NCBI GenBank assembly: GCA_002633005.1
Contig: NMRA01000165.1
Location: 719,766-783,765, forward strand
Direction of reading: 5' to 3'
DNA from: Phoronis australis
Taxonomy: Eukaryota; Animalia; Phoronida
DNA length: 64,000 bases
The stretch's first letter is position 1, and each line of letters starts with the position of its first letter. The position numbers and the translations under genes were made by a program. A model generated the notes under the pieces. It saw only the letters and a list, made by a program, of their open reading frames with translations. It ran no database searches and was not told where the DNA came from. Shown here piece by piece: positions 1-12,548 of the stretch.

Positions 1-136
1 CATGTCAACTTCATTTTTTCTAGTTTGTTGTTAGCGATTTTCACTTGAACTACATGTGTGTTTGTGTGTGTTGAGTTTGTTCATAGTTGGGTCTTTAGGT
101 TTGTTCTTCCTAACATAAACTGTTGACCATTTCCAG

Positions 137-3100
137 TGGCTATGGCCGTACCTACTTCTCGTGCACTTCAGCCCACACATGTACTGGTGATGGTACAGCT
201 ATGGTGTCCAGGGCAGGCCTGCCCAATGAAGACATGGAATTTGTACAGTTCCACCCGACAGGTCTGTGTCTTATAGTGATTGCTCTATGTCACAGAGAAT
301 CCTGCTGGTTGTGCTGTCTCGAAAAACTGATCTTCCTAAAAATTTTCTTATTTGTGATGAAAAGTAAAGGTTTTTGAGGTGTTCATAGTTTGTATCAATA
401 TTTTTTCTTCAAATATTGTGTACTTCGGGTTATGTCAGACATTTTACCAGATTTCCCCCTCATGGTTGACGGTATGCATTGAATGTCCTTCCTTTTTTAA
501 TCTTGCAGGTATCTATGGTGCCGGTTGCCTTATCACGGAGGGATCTCGCGGTGAGGGCGGCTACTTGATCAACAGTGAGGGAGAACGGTTCATGGAGCGC
601 TATGCACCCACGGCTAAGGACCTGGCTTCAAGGGATGTCGTCTCCCGTTCCATGACTATTGAGATTCGTGAGGGAAGGTAGGTGTATGTATATTGTGGTC
701 ACTATCTGATATAGCTGTTGCAGAATCATTGTATGAAATGCAACATCTAGTCAAAAATGAAAAAGTAAGGACTGTAGTTGGAGCCAGAGACCTTTTGCTT
801 TTCGTGTCATTTTTAGAAATACAAGCCCTTCGGGGCATCTGCTTCCTGTCACGAATAATGGTAGGGGATAACATGCAGTTCTACTTTTGAATTCCTGGTG
901 CCTCTTGTCAATACCCACTAGCGAGTTTGGATCCAGCTCCTGCCACAGAAACTAGGTCTTTCAGTATCCATTACTTCACTAGCAAAGTGAAGTTAAGTGT
1001 GTGTTCTTGTATGATTATCTTCTCATTAAAAGTGTCGCTGAATAAGTTCATTGGGCTGACTCGATATAACAAGAGTGAGGCTCTTTGTGTACTAATAAGA
1101 AGATTCAACAACAACGCTATATCTGATTGCTTGAGACTGTGCCTAGGTTGTCAGCACCAACCTGACAATAGAATAAGAAATGTCAAGGAAGCTATTTGGA
1201 TAATATAAATGAAGGAGGCTATGAATCGCAGTGAAGGGTGGATGATATTTCTGGAGTCTGAAACAGCCTGACAAGCTCCACCTAACTTCCGTGTTTGAGA
1301 ATGGCAACTACTGACTGACCAAAACGATTTCAGTTGTTTATAAATAACTCAACTTTCATAATAAAGCCTGTCACTTGCCTATTGCAGAGGTGTGGGTGAG
1401 GAGAAGGACCACATGTACCTACAACTGTCTCACTTGCCAGCTCAACAACTGAAGGAGAAGTTACCTGGCATCTCTGAAACAGCTATGATCTTCGCTGGCG
1501 TCGACGTGACCCGCGAACCTATCCCCGTGTTACCCACAGTGCATTACAACATGGGCGGTGTGCCTACCAACTACAAGGGTCAGGTATGCACTTGGGGGGC
1601 ACAGTTGCAGTCAGTCCGAATTTGAGAGGGGCGAAATTGCAGTCAGTATGCACTTGGGAGGGGTACAGTTGCAGTCGGACAGGAACGTTTGTGTTAGATA
1701 AGGTTCTTACGATTTAGGACAGTAACTGCTGCCATCCAAAGTATTAATAATGATTGCATTTATAAAAACTATTATCATAAGAACCGACGGTGACGTTGAT
1801 GAGCTCCTTGCCACCAAGCTGGCTCAGGCTTTGACAGCTATGTTTGCCAAGAAGAAGTTATGAACTTTGGTTAAATCATTACCTGTTGCTAGCCTTATTG
1901 TATCTCTACTGATAATAAACTTCATCCTTGATACAAAGTTTACATCTATACACATTTGCAGGTTATCACTCACAAAAACGGCGAGGACCAGATTGTGCCT
2001 GGTCTGTATGCCGCTGGCGAGGTGGCGTGCGCCTCAGTGCATGGTGCTAACCGTCTCGGTGCCAACTCCTTGCTGGACCTGGTCGTCTTCGGCCGAGCTT
2101 GCGCCAATACCATTGCCGAGGAGCATAAGCCTGGAGAGGCCATTGGGGATCTGAAGCAGGTGGGTCGTGGGTTCACATTGGGTGACGATTATCGTGGTGG
2201 GCACAGGGTTCATTTTTGATTTACACTCCACGCTATAATTGTCTCTTTAAAATGCCTGGTAGCACAAAGTAATGTTCAAAGGTTGCAAAAGCATTCCTAA
2301 GCTGATCTACATATGTCAGACTGTAATTGTAGTTCGTTTATGCACCCTGCTGGTGTCTTGTTCACCTCCACCATGGCCAGTCTCTACCAGACCTAGACAG
2401 TTTCTTTCCCCTGTCATGCCATGTAATTTGTAAAGAGAAGGCCTCTTGCGACTGTTAATGTCCCGACTGAAGTAAAATGCCTGGAATCGTGCTGTTGACG
2501 TACGGTTGTCTCATAAGTCAGTGTGAATGCACCTCAACTTGAACTTTGCTGGTTTTGTATGCAGAATGCTGGTGAGGAATCTGTCGCTAACCTGGACATG
2601 CTGCGCTTCTCTGACGGCTCAACGCCTACCGCCGATTTGAGATTGAAAATGCAAAAGGTGAGGAAGATCTACCACTTGGGATTTCACTTGCCAATAAATA
2701 AACAATACATTTAAAAGCCCACAACGTGATGGAGAGGGCACAGAAACTGGTCGAATAAGAATTGCTGAAACTTCAAGTTTACTACTTAGTGTCTACTTAC
2801 AGGAAGGTTAAACGTTAGGTTGGTGGCTTGTGCCTCGCTACAGAAGAGTACATCGGCCACTAAGTGCTCATACTTAAGGAAGTGTTTTATTGCATTACTG
2901 CGGACAAACTGAAAGTAATATAACCTGGCAACATTTGACGTGAAGTGTAAGCATGAATTGAAAATCTCAGGCTGTGTCCTGGCTACCTCTTATGGTATAT
3001 TTAACTTTTACTCTGTCTAGCTGTTGTCTAAGTGGAGTGTATGCGTTTTTGTTTCTCGTGCTGTAGACGATGCAGAATTACGCTGCTGTGTTCCGCGACG

Positions 3101-5251
3101 GGCCAACGTTGAAGGAGGGCGTGAAACAGATGAGGGAGCTGTACGGTCAACTAGAAGACATCAAGGTGACTGCCTGTCCTTGCATTTTGCTTGTGTCAGC
3201 CTAGTTTGACTACGACAATGTTAGTTTTAGCCATATCACCAGTTTAAGATGTGTAATCAGGAATGCTAAGTCATCATATACATTTAGGATCCAACTCTAA
3301 AATGTTAACCAAAACAGTTCTTATCAAAGATAGTGCTGCATGGAGCTTTAAACAGTAGATATGGACGATTTTGAAATATTTATGTCTCGATGTTAAGGCA
3401 GTGTGGAAATGAATGTATGCCTGATTGTTATTGTATATGTTTCATAATACCTTAGGTTTATGTCAAGAATAGATTTTATCTACTCAGTTGGATTATTGAA
3501 TAAGTAGCCACAGTTTTTTGTTTCTAAGCAACGACTAATGAGTCATGATTGAGCGCAAAACAGTTACTTTTTGGCAAGCCACAATTCACTCACTAGCAGT
3601 TAGTAATGTATTTCTGTAGGTTTGCATTCAAAGTTGCATTCGTTTATTTTGTGTTAATGTGGTTGTATGATCTCCAAACATTAAATTTAAGTGACGTGAT
3701 GAACATTTTGCTTTACCCCTTTCAAATAGGCTTCAAAAGGAATATCCCTAAAACAGAGTGATTTTCATGATTTGCAAGGTAAAAGAAGCTATTCGCTATC
3801 TGTGTATTCCCCATTATGCATCTGGAGTGTCTCTGTCTGTGTCTGTTACCACTATGTTCAGCATGTAAGACAGAATGTGAAAACAAACTATTGTGTCGAT
3901 GTGACGATGCATTTACATAAAATGTTATTAAGTTCATGTTGTGAACTTTGAATTTCGAACAGGTCAGTGACAAGGGCATGGTGTGGAACTCAGACCTGGT
4001 GGAGACACTGGAGTTACAGAATCTAATGCTGAATGCCTGCCAGACAGCCGAGTCAGCGGAGACTAGAAAGGAGAGCCGCGGAGCTCATGCCCGCGAGGAC
4101 TTCCCGGTGAGTTAGCAGTCTCTGTTGTTGTTACATTATAACTTCTTTGGGAAGAAAGTTTCTTTCGAAGTTCACAAGTGCCATGAGATTGCATTTGTTT
4201 GCATACATATTTAACAAGTCCTGGTGAATACCAGGCAAGTACTATTTCAAGCCAATCTGAGTTCATTAGTCCATATTTGTATTCCGGCTGCAAGCCAGTG
4301 TTACCAGCATACCTCTGTTTAATCTCATAGGACCGACTAGACGAGTATGACTACAGCAAACCATTAGAAGGTCAACAGAAGAAACCCTTTGACCAACACT
4401 GGAGAAAGCATACACTGAGTTATCAAGACCACAGAACGGGCAAGGTAACATGCTTTACTTTGGCCCCGGCCCTGTAACGTGAATTATTGATGTTCCATAA
4501 CAGCCCATCATTCCAATAGAAAAACGTAGAGTGGCAATTAACCAGCCTTATTTTAAAAAGACTAGCTTTTGAACCCGGGGGAGTCACTCATATTGACAAG
4601 ATGCCGGCAAGCGTGTGCAAAAAAATTGCTGAGAGACTCCCTATTGCCTGTACCAGGTCTGCTAATTCCCACCCCCTTTTGTAGGGTAGATTTTGAAAAG
4701 TTTTCTGAGCTTAGTATGTGAAAGGTGTTGATTTGTGCGTGGAGTCTAGCTTTTAGTTTTTGAAAAAAGCACTTGACCGTTATTTGTTGAGTGGAAATTT
4801 GACATGTCACTGAAGCGTAGCACTGTAAAATTTCATATTTTGTATTCAAGGTAGCCATGGCAAAAAGTGCTGTATGTACTCTGAACATTGAGCCTTTTTT
4901 ACTAAATAATACTCCTGAAGTTAGCTGTACACAACCTCAATAAAAACCAACAGTTGAAACACATACTACAAAACACAAGTTTCGCTGGTTGTCGTCAAAG
5001 CTGTGTTAACTTGAAAGCTAAAGGTATTTTTTATATAAAATCACGCAGTAGATTGAAACTGTCATTTCAGCATGACCTATTTTTTAAAATTTACTGTTTC
5101 ACTAATGCATTTTCATCAATATTTGCCCAGTTATGTTTGGTGTAAGACCTTTTCTCTATTACAGGTTACCATCGACTACAGACCTGTCATCGATGACGTA
5201 CTTGACCCTAAAGTAGTTGACAGTGTACCGCCTAAACTGCGATCGTACTAA
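137..5251 (+). CDS. SDHA: Succinate dehydrogenase flavoprotein subunit (complex II), 3' part of a spliced gene; the 5' exons lie upstream of the window
   Basis: GT-AG exons 137-261, 509-677, 1388-1583, 1962-2159, 2565-2657, 3067-3165, 3963-4106, 4331-4444 and 5165-5251 join in frame (about 407 aa). Hallmark motifs are [84 protein letters not shown] and HWRKHTL, and the protein ends [11 protein letters not shown]. Confidence 0.97.
1584..1677. repeat. ~31-bp imperfect tandem repeat (3 copies) starting at an SDHA intron donor
   Basis: Copies read gtatgcacttggggggcacagttgcagtca / gtccgaatttgagaggggcgaaattgcagtca / gtatgcacttgggaggggtacagttgcagtcg. Confidence 0.75.
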
Positions 5252-5920
5252 ACCAGTAGACGCATACTCATAAGAGACTTGGCTGACAAACTCTAGTCTG
5301 TGCCAGTTCGTGAAGTGAGGTTATTTGGAACAAAAAGTACTGTGCTTGGACACTGAGAGGGTTAAAGGATGTAAGGTCTGCGTTCAAGTCACGAAGTGTG
5401 TGCTCCATAGACGTTTGGCAAATTCCTCTTGTAGTACAATTTGTCAGGTGTCTGCATAGTTCATTGCCTCCTAATGGCTAGCAGTTAAACACACAAGTTT
5501 AGCATTTAAGCACTATCCACCATGTGTTTCATTGGTTAATTTTAATTCAGTCCCCTCTCCCCCACTGTGGCTACGCTAGTGGTAATAAAATAATGATTCC
5601 AAGGTGCAATTTGCCATCCTCTCAATGTGAGCACTTTAAAAAACTGTTTTTGAATGCTGGAAGACAATATCCTGTTGGTCTGTAGATGAACACGTCAAAG
5701 TTATCAGTTCCTGGCTGAAAACTATGTACGATGTTGCCCTGTATTGAAAAATACTAAATGTCTTAGTGAATCCTTGTTTTGCAGCAGGTATAACATTTTG
5801 TTGTTTTTTCTGACTTCAGACTGTCGGTGTTTCAAAATTTGGTGATGCCAATTTCCAATTGAACTGTGTCTGGATTGTAGTTGAATAATCTTTTTCTATT
5901 ATTGATATTTATTTTATTGT

Positions 5921-6035
5921 AATAAAGTGGTTTCTGTGATCACACAGTTGTTTATGAATGTCTCCAACAAGTGTAAATGTACAATCTGCTGTGGCATATG
6001 AATAAACATTAAGTTGAATATTTTGTGTTGTGTCT
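5921..6035 (+). terminator. Probable SDHA polyadenylation region
   Basis: AATAAA at 5921 and 6001, followed by a GT-rich tract (tgtgttgtgtc, about 6024). Another AATAAA lies at 5584. Confidence 0.5.
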
Positions 6036-6259
6036 TGATACTGAACATGATTTTTATTTGGTTGTAATTTTATGTGGTGTCCTTGGAGAAAGAGGGGTCA
6101 TAAAGTTCATGTTAAGTGCTGAATAGGCTTAAGTAACTCATTTATTCTGGTGTTGCTAAGTGTGCCAGTGTAACACAGGCATCCTTGTTTTTGCCGCTGT
6201 CCTTGACCCTCGTCCACTGCTGTATCTTTAAAACCCATGGATGGATGTTCATGCAGCTC

Positions 6260-7210
6260 CGTATACCGATGTGCCCCCCAGTGGCAATTTTATTTTTATG
6301 TTTGCTTCATTATCTTCGAAGTTCCTTGATGTTTTTTCGTTAACTTTGTCAAATGGGAGATGACGCAACCTAGTGGCTAGTTTTACTGTTTTCAAGTCTT
6401 TTTTGGCGTCTGCCTATTAATCTGCCAAACTATTTGAAAGTGGATTATGAAAGTTGGCATATGGATCCCTGCTGGGGGGATGATGGCTGACTAATTTTTT
6501 GATGGCTCCTACTACGGTGGTGCTTCCTAGTGGTATGTTTTGCATCCATGCTATGTCTCTTGGCCTATGCTGATCTTTGTTAATGACAATGGTATTTCTA
6601 TGAAAGTGGCAAGGATGACGACTTCAGGACAGATTCAACTACCGCTACGCCCCATGATGTCATTTTTTTCAGATGCGTTTGACGTAATGTACACCATCTA
6701 GTAGCCATTTTTAATATTTCCGAGTCTGGTTTTGGCATCTGCCTCTCTATCGCTAAATAGGGAACATCATGGCCTCTCCGACTGGCTAATCCCCAATAAC
6801 GATTGTTTGAAAAATTGGTTTATATATTCCTAGTGGGAAGAGTATGGCTGGCTATGATTTTTTGGACATCTGTGGTGCCGCTAGTGGCAGTTTTTCACGT
6901 CCACTCAGTTACTGTTTCTCCTAAACCAAAGTAGGGTCTTTGTGAAATTCGACAAGTGTATGTCTACGAACCGTGACGACGCATCTGACTACTGTTGTGC
7001 CCCGTAGTGGTAATGCTATTTTTGCGTTTTCCTCTGTATGATTGAAGATTCTAAACGTTTTTTCGGGAAATTTGGTAAAGAAGTTTCAAAAAAGATTAAT
7101 GACACCTTCCCGTTTTCGATTTGACTCATGGTACGCCACCTAGTGGCCATTTTATTTTTTGGGGGTTTTGGCGTCCTACTCTCTATCCATCTCTAAACAT
7201 CATTATGAAA
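6260..7210. repeat. Degenerate ~350-bp tandem repeat (about 3 units) with recurring (C)CTAGTGG / CTCF-like motifs
   Basis: Homologous blocks recur at 6271/6647/6997, 6363/6691/7133 (each followed by ttttggc(g/a)tc) and 6520/6874. Confidence 0.6.
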
Positions 7211-9309
7211 ACTGAATAGATAGTTCCGTGGAGCACAAGACCAACTTTCTGACTTAGGTCTTAAGTCAATTTTCATGGAACAGAACACAGGTGGTTTAAA
7301 TTTCAGGGTAGTTTGAAAACAAATGTGACGCGAGAATCCGTATGAAATTATTTTTAATTCGGTGACGTGGCTTGAGAACCGAGAGAAATTGGATTCGAAT
7401 CTCGATGAAGTGGGTGTAACATTGCAAAATAGTGACATAAAATTTGGAAAGGCGTAACTATAATTGCAGTTATTATTGCAATTTCTAATGACTGGTTTAC
7501 AATTCTATAATATGTCCAAGTCATGTGATAATTGCATTGTGTGACTCGTTCACAGCGTCACAATGTCTGGCTTTAAGACCTGTCAATTTCGCTCCTAAAA
7601 AATCTACTGAAAGGGATCAAAATATCTTCAAGTGTTACTAAAATGTTGCAAATTGACCAAAAACTGCTCCAGTAGTGTAAAGTATTGATAGGCTTATGCC
7701 TATGAAGGCTACTTTCATAATTTTTTAACGTTAAGGAGGTTTATTTAGTAGAGATGGCTCTTTAGGAAGTATGCATAGGCTTATCATACACCTGGCGGTT
7801 ACCTTTATAAATCATTTAAAGACTAATGTAAGAGCCTAGGAAGTTTCCTCCACTGATAAATAAACGCGCTCTAGGGCAGGGAGACATTTTGTCGATATGG
7901 AAGTAAAAACTAATGATGACGTGGGCTACAACACTCAGCAGTGGCGTTGTTGAGATTATTGCTGCTCATTTGGGAGATAACGTTTCAATTCTCCCAATCT
8001 TCCTTGCTTGTGCTGACTGGCTCTTGGCCGTTGCCAGTTTCCCGGTGTCTTCCCGCCAACGCTATTGACGCACGGAGCATTGTGACGTTTCCGGCAACGC
8101 AACGACGCCAAAGTTGCCGACGACGGCGAAAAAGAAGACGGACGACAAAGAAGACAACCAACTGACGACAATGATGATGGGGAAGTCAAATTCATCTGAT
8201 GATGACTTGTTTTAGTACACTGCAAGGGCGGCGCTGCACTGAAAAACGTGGGGATACAGCCCCCGGCCCCCCTATGGTGCGCCCCCAATGCATTGTACCT
8301 AGTTTATAAAACTTGCCAAAATTATCTCAGCGCCGGGCAGCCATTTTTTCACGGGTTGAAAGTTTTCGACGTAAAACTTTAAACCCCGTCACTGAAAAGG
8401 CGACCATTTTTCAACGATGCAGGAGCCTTGGTGTCATTTATCACAAGATAAAAGTTTATATCAAACCAGCTACAATATATTTGGGAATTCCTTAACTATA
8501 GCTTTTTAAATACTTGGATTTAAACCCCACCTGTTCCTGGCTAATTCCGTTGTCAGTTGTTTTACCTTATTGACCGATAACCAGATAAACTAATTAAATA
8601 TATATTAAACAATTCGTGTTTTTATATGAATGACTGCTATTAGCCGAAGTTGCTGTGGCAAGCGATATTCAATCGGTACATCAAACTCGGCTAATATTTT
8701 CTCTCATATAAAACAGGTGCAGGGATTACGTCAGATCCCGTTAGTGTTAGAGTATTTTACGCGAATACAGAGATTCGAAACCTGTGGCCTCTTTATAATT
8801 CTTTTTTGATAAGACATCGAAATGATTTTTATTTTGGTAGGGTTCTCAATCTTCTTTGCTTCAGTGTATAATGAACACGGTTTTTGTCTATAAAAGTTCT
8901 TTTTAATAAACTTTAAAAAGTTTATTTGCAAGGAAGCACCTTTTCTAAAATCTGCGAAGGGTTCGCTGGATATCATTGAACTAGTCAAATAATGGATTTT
9001 TAACAGATATAATTTTGTGTTGTTGATCTTTTACGTGCAAATAAATTTCACATTCTGAGAGTTGAACATTTATCGCAGGAATTTGTACAAACGACTTTTT
9101 TCACGTAAAAGACGTTGTATTGGCAGAGTGACTTAATTTTTTTTTTGTAAACTAGCTGACACGTACTAGGCCAACCATAACTGGACACCCTGAGGTCAGT
9201 TATTCAGTTTACGTTTACTTTCACGTTCACGTAAAAATTTAGCTGTTTCAAAACCCATTTTTGTCACTGTAATGTGAATCGGCACCTGCAGTTATAAGTA
9301 TGTGTGGTA

Positions 9310-9727
9310 CCGGGGTTTTCCGTAGATAAGCCCAACCGATGAAACACCCATGGGCGTTCATTTGGAGTATCATGCCGAATAAACGCCCATGGGCGTTTAT
9401 TTGGTATTAAAACTTCTGGTGTCAAGTGTCCAGATAGTGGGACGTTTAATCGGAACATTTCCTCTTAAAAGCCCTCTAAACGTCAACTTTTAGTCACACA
9501 TTCAGTTTTGTGGAGCATTTATCAGTTAAAGAAACGAACAAAGTGCTGGCGAACTATGCATATGTTAACATAAAATTTAAAAACACATTTTTAAGTAAAA
9601 AAAATCTCAAAGTCAGGAAACCTGTGGCACGCCCCTTTTTCCTGGCGTTTATTTTCTGTTGTTAAAACGTCTGCATTTTTTCATTTTCTGAATACACGCC
9701 CAAGGGCTTATCTACGGAAAATCCCTG
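9310..9727. mobile_element. MITE-like element with 24-bp terminal inverted repeats and internal palindromes (Tc1/mariner-pogo-like)
   Basis: Left end ccggggttttccgtagataagccc and right end gggcttatctacggaaaatccctg match with 2 mismatches. A perfect 24-bp palindrome AATAAACGCCCATGGGCGTTTATT lies at 9378-9401, with a degenerate copy at about 9340. The superfamily is inferred. Confidence 0.75.
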
Positions 9728-9809
9728 CGTTGTATCTAAAACGTTTTACTACTTATGCCCACGTGGACACGCGAATAAAACGTGATCTGATATATCGTGA
9801 GGTCTGCTG

Positions 9810-11620
9810 ATGAACAAGGTAATTTGGAGTCTAAGTAACAGTAACCCACGTTCTAAAATCAGTATGATTGCCTTGGCAAGAATATTCAGATGTCGTCGAT
9901 ATGTGGTAAGTTTAGCAGGGGGATATCTCAGTATAACTGTTTTGCACTCTTCTCATAGCCTTCTTAATTGTCGCGTGAGATGTAGACCTCGTTTCCTATA
10001 TGCCTACAAGCAATCATGACAACTGAGCAGTGTCCGTTCCGTCGCAACGGCCAGGTTTATGTAATTACGAAATGCTATAACTTTCCAGGGGTTTCGCATA
10101 AGGAGAGCCGTTCGTCTACCAACTGGTACCTTGACAATTGCTGCTTGCCTGGTTCTTAGTTATTACTTGTGGCCATACTTCGTGGATAGTGCCAGTAAAT
10201 CACTTCGTATTCTCAAGAATTTATCAGTGCACGGTATGTTTTCTAGTCTACATGTTGTCAATACTTCCGGGACGGCCAAGCTATATACATCAGTCAACCT
10301 ACGAATCTACCTAGCTGCCTACCTATGTACTACACACGCTCCTAATTAAGTATTCTTTAAACATAACGATGCTTTGTAACAACACTCCATCCTCGAAAGT
10401 TTGGAGTCGCTTAGTCGAGCCGAATCACGGAATAAATGTCTTTGAATTTTGTCGCATAGTAAACGAAACATCGCAGAAGTTGAAAACATGCCATTAGGAT
10501 CTGGTTTCAATTACCACCTGTAGGATTGTACTGTACGCGCATCCGTTTCCGGAAAAGTGAATTCTTGGCGTGTACTCTATTTCCTTATAGATTTGCGTGA
10601 AACCCGACAGCCAAGGTGCAGAGCGGCAGAACTTTCCGGGCTTGTCGAAGAATTTCGATCTCAAAGCAACCGGTTTATCGTTGACTTTTTCTCGTTACAG
10701 AGCTTCTTAACTTCCCGCCTCTGGTACAGTTCGAAGAGACTGAAAAGAGGATTAGCGCGCAACGACAGAGACATCGAAAACTCTCCGTGGAACATTTCTG
10801 CCAGAAACACAAAGAAAATGTAATCCTGGACATTACCACGATCCCGCAGCGAAATCTTGCTAACTTGTTGTTCAATGACAAATACAGTGCTATCTACTGC
10901 TTTGTACCGAAGGTGGTATCTACAAACTGGAAGCGAATATTTTTGTTACTGCAAGGAATGCCGCTAAAATCAGTGTTGGTCATGGATCGAGAAAACGTTC
11001 ACATGAGCTCGATACCGACGTTGGGGGACTATCATGATAACAAGACCGCCATGATTCACAGGCTTCGAAGTTATACGAAGTTCCTCTTCGTTCGAGATCC
11101 ATGGGAGAGGTTATTGTCGGCCTACCGCGACAAATTTGCTAATGACAGCTATGAGTCCCCTCAGTCCAAAAGATGGCTGAGCTATGTCCTGATTTCTCGA
11201 AAATATTCAAGGCCCGCTTATAGTCAGACATTCGAGTCTTTCATAAAATTCCTCGTAGGCGAACCAGACGCTGTAAGCCGTTTGTCGCCACTGTTTCCCG
11301 AAAACGAACACTGGGCTCTCTATAATGACCTGTGCCACCCGTGCGCTGTTCATTACGATGTCATTGGAAAATATGAAACGCTGGAAGAGGACATAGGCCT
11401 TGTCTTTAGGACGATCAACATAACGCATTTAGGTTTCAAGTTCCCAAAAAGGACAACACGGGAACAACTGTCGAGAAGTACCTCTTCGATAATGAAGGCT
11501 CAGTATTCCACAATAAGTGAAAGCTTAATCCAGCGTGTTAAAAAACTGTATTCTCAAGACTTCGAGTTGTTCTCGTATTCATCACGTAATCCCGCAAACC
11601 GTGGAAAGGAAAGGAAATGA
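9810..11620 (+). CDS. Carbohydrate sulfotransferase (CHST11/HNK-1ST-like, Sulfotransfer_2 family), type II Golgi membrane protein
   Basis: The catalytic exon 10701-11620 carries the 5'-PSB motif CFVPKVVSTNWKR, the 3'-PB motif FLFVRDPWERLLSAYRDKF, HW...LCHPCAVHYDVIGKYETLEED and LYSQDFELFSY. The upstream exon 10089-10233 (GFRIRRAVRLPTGTLTIAACLVLSYYLWP..., a basic tail plus transmembrane helix) joins in phase 1. The start exon ATG AAC AAG|gtaatt (9810-9818) is tentative. AATAAA lies at 12053. Confidence 0.88.
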
Positions 11621-11652
11621 GACCCCGTTTTGAGTTAACTCGCAAACCCAAC

Positions 11653-11783
11653 CAGTGGCAGATTTAGTGGGGGACAAGAGGGCCCCCAGATTCCATTGGG
11701 CAGTTCGGGTGTGCGAATGTCTGACAGGCAAAATCCTGGTTAATACTATGCCCCCCAAACTCAAAATCCTGGATCCTCCCCTG
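11653..11783 (-). mobile_element. Short non-autonomous hAT-like MITE (CAG(G/T)GGCGGAT termini); inverted relative of the 20144-20309 copy
   Basis: Its reverse complement (CAGGGGAGGATCCAGGATTTTGAGTT...GACATTCGCAC...GAACTGCC...ATGGAATCTGG...TAAATCTGCCACTG) aligns along its length with 20144-20309. Flanks are ccaac/tcaac. Confidence 0.8.
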
Positions 11784-12295
11784 TCAACGGTATTAGAAAA
11801 AACTGAGACGTAGTAAATTATATTGTAAATGTGCTGCCAGTCAAATCTGGACAGTAAATACGAAGTGAACATCCGATGTAGTTATCTCGATAACGTCCTT
11901 AATTGTGCCACTGTCACATTTAAGTTGCTTATGTTGCCAAAACAATCGTGATCTTGCCACGTACGGGCTTGTTATTCGCATACAAGCGTTGGTAGAAATT
12001 ACGTCATAGTTTGATTTTGTGCTGCCTGTTTGTTCAGCGTTATGCTTTGTGCAATAAATACTGAAGCACTAGTTGCCAGGTCAAATTCTAACTATGACCA
12101 AAGTCATTGCATTGTTATTATTATTTATTTATTATAGTGACGTAAGAGTGCCAGTAAATACAGTCTCAAAGACAGAATATGTTGCGAAAGTTTCTCATCA
12201 AACAAGAAAATCATCCAAACGTCATCTTTATTGCCATTCCGAGCTTCAGACTTGATCGGATTAGTTCATCCTCATTTTCAAGAATGTTCACACCG

Positions 12296-12548
12296 CATGC
12301 GCACACCCAGCCTTCAATATGGGGGCTCGATGTGGTACTTTTACTAACAATATAGTCAGTCGACTGAAAAAAAATCAGTACCACTACCGGAGCTGTACGT
12401 GCTGTGAATTTGAATTCTGCGTTTGCTCCTTTCTAGTAAACTTTTTATTTCGTTTTCTCAGACTTTTTGTTTATCTGAGGCGGACCTTCTTGCCCACTTC
12501 GCCAAATGAGGGGCTCGTTCGAGCCCCTCCCCCCTGCGTGAGCGCATG
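12296..12548. mobile_element. MITE with CATG termini and a perfect 5-bp target-site duplication (CACCG)
   Basis: TIRs are catgcgcacacccag ... ctgcgtgagcgcatg, with caccg at 12291-12295 and 12549-12553. The internal block tctgaggcggacct...ccacttcgccaaatg.ggggctc is shared with 18372-18651. Confidence 0.8.

Noticed and set aside
6260-7210. CRISPR-like array
   Set aside because: The context is eukaryotic, the motifs are degenerate, the intervening sequences are homologous to each other rather than unique spacers, and there are no cas genes.
7897-8290. GC-richer stretch with overlapping ORFs (7941-8165 +, 7956-8288 -)
   Set aside because: It is low-complexity gac/aag-rich sequence next to a MITE fragment, with no recognisable domain or consistent exon chain.
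10557-10823. 88-aa ORF or extra sulfotransferase exon starting at the acceptor at 10590
   Set aside because: Its frame stops at 10823, and no donor gives the phase needed to join the catalytic exon. The acceptor at 10700 gives a clean in-frame join.
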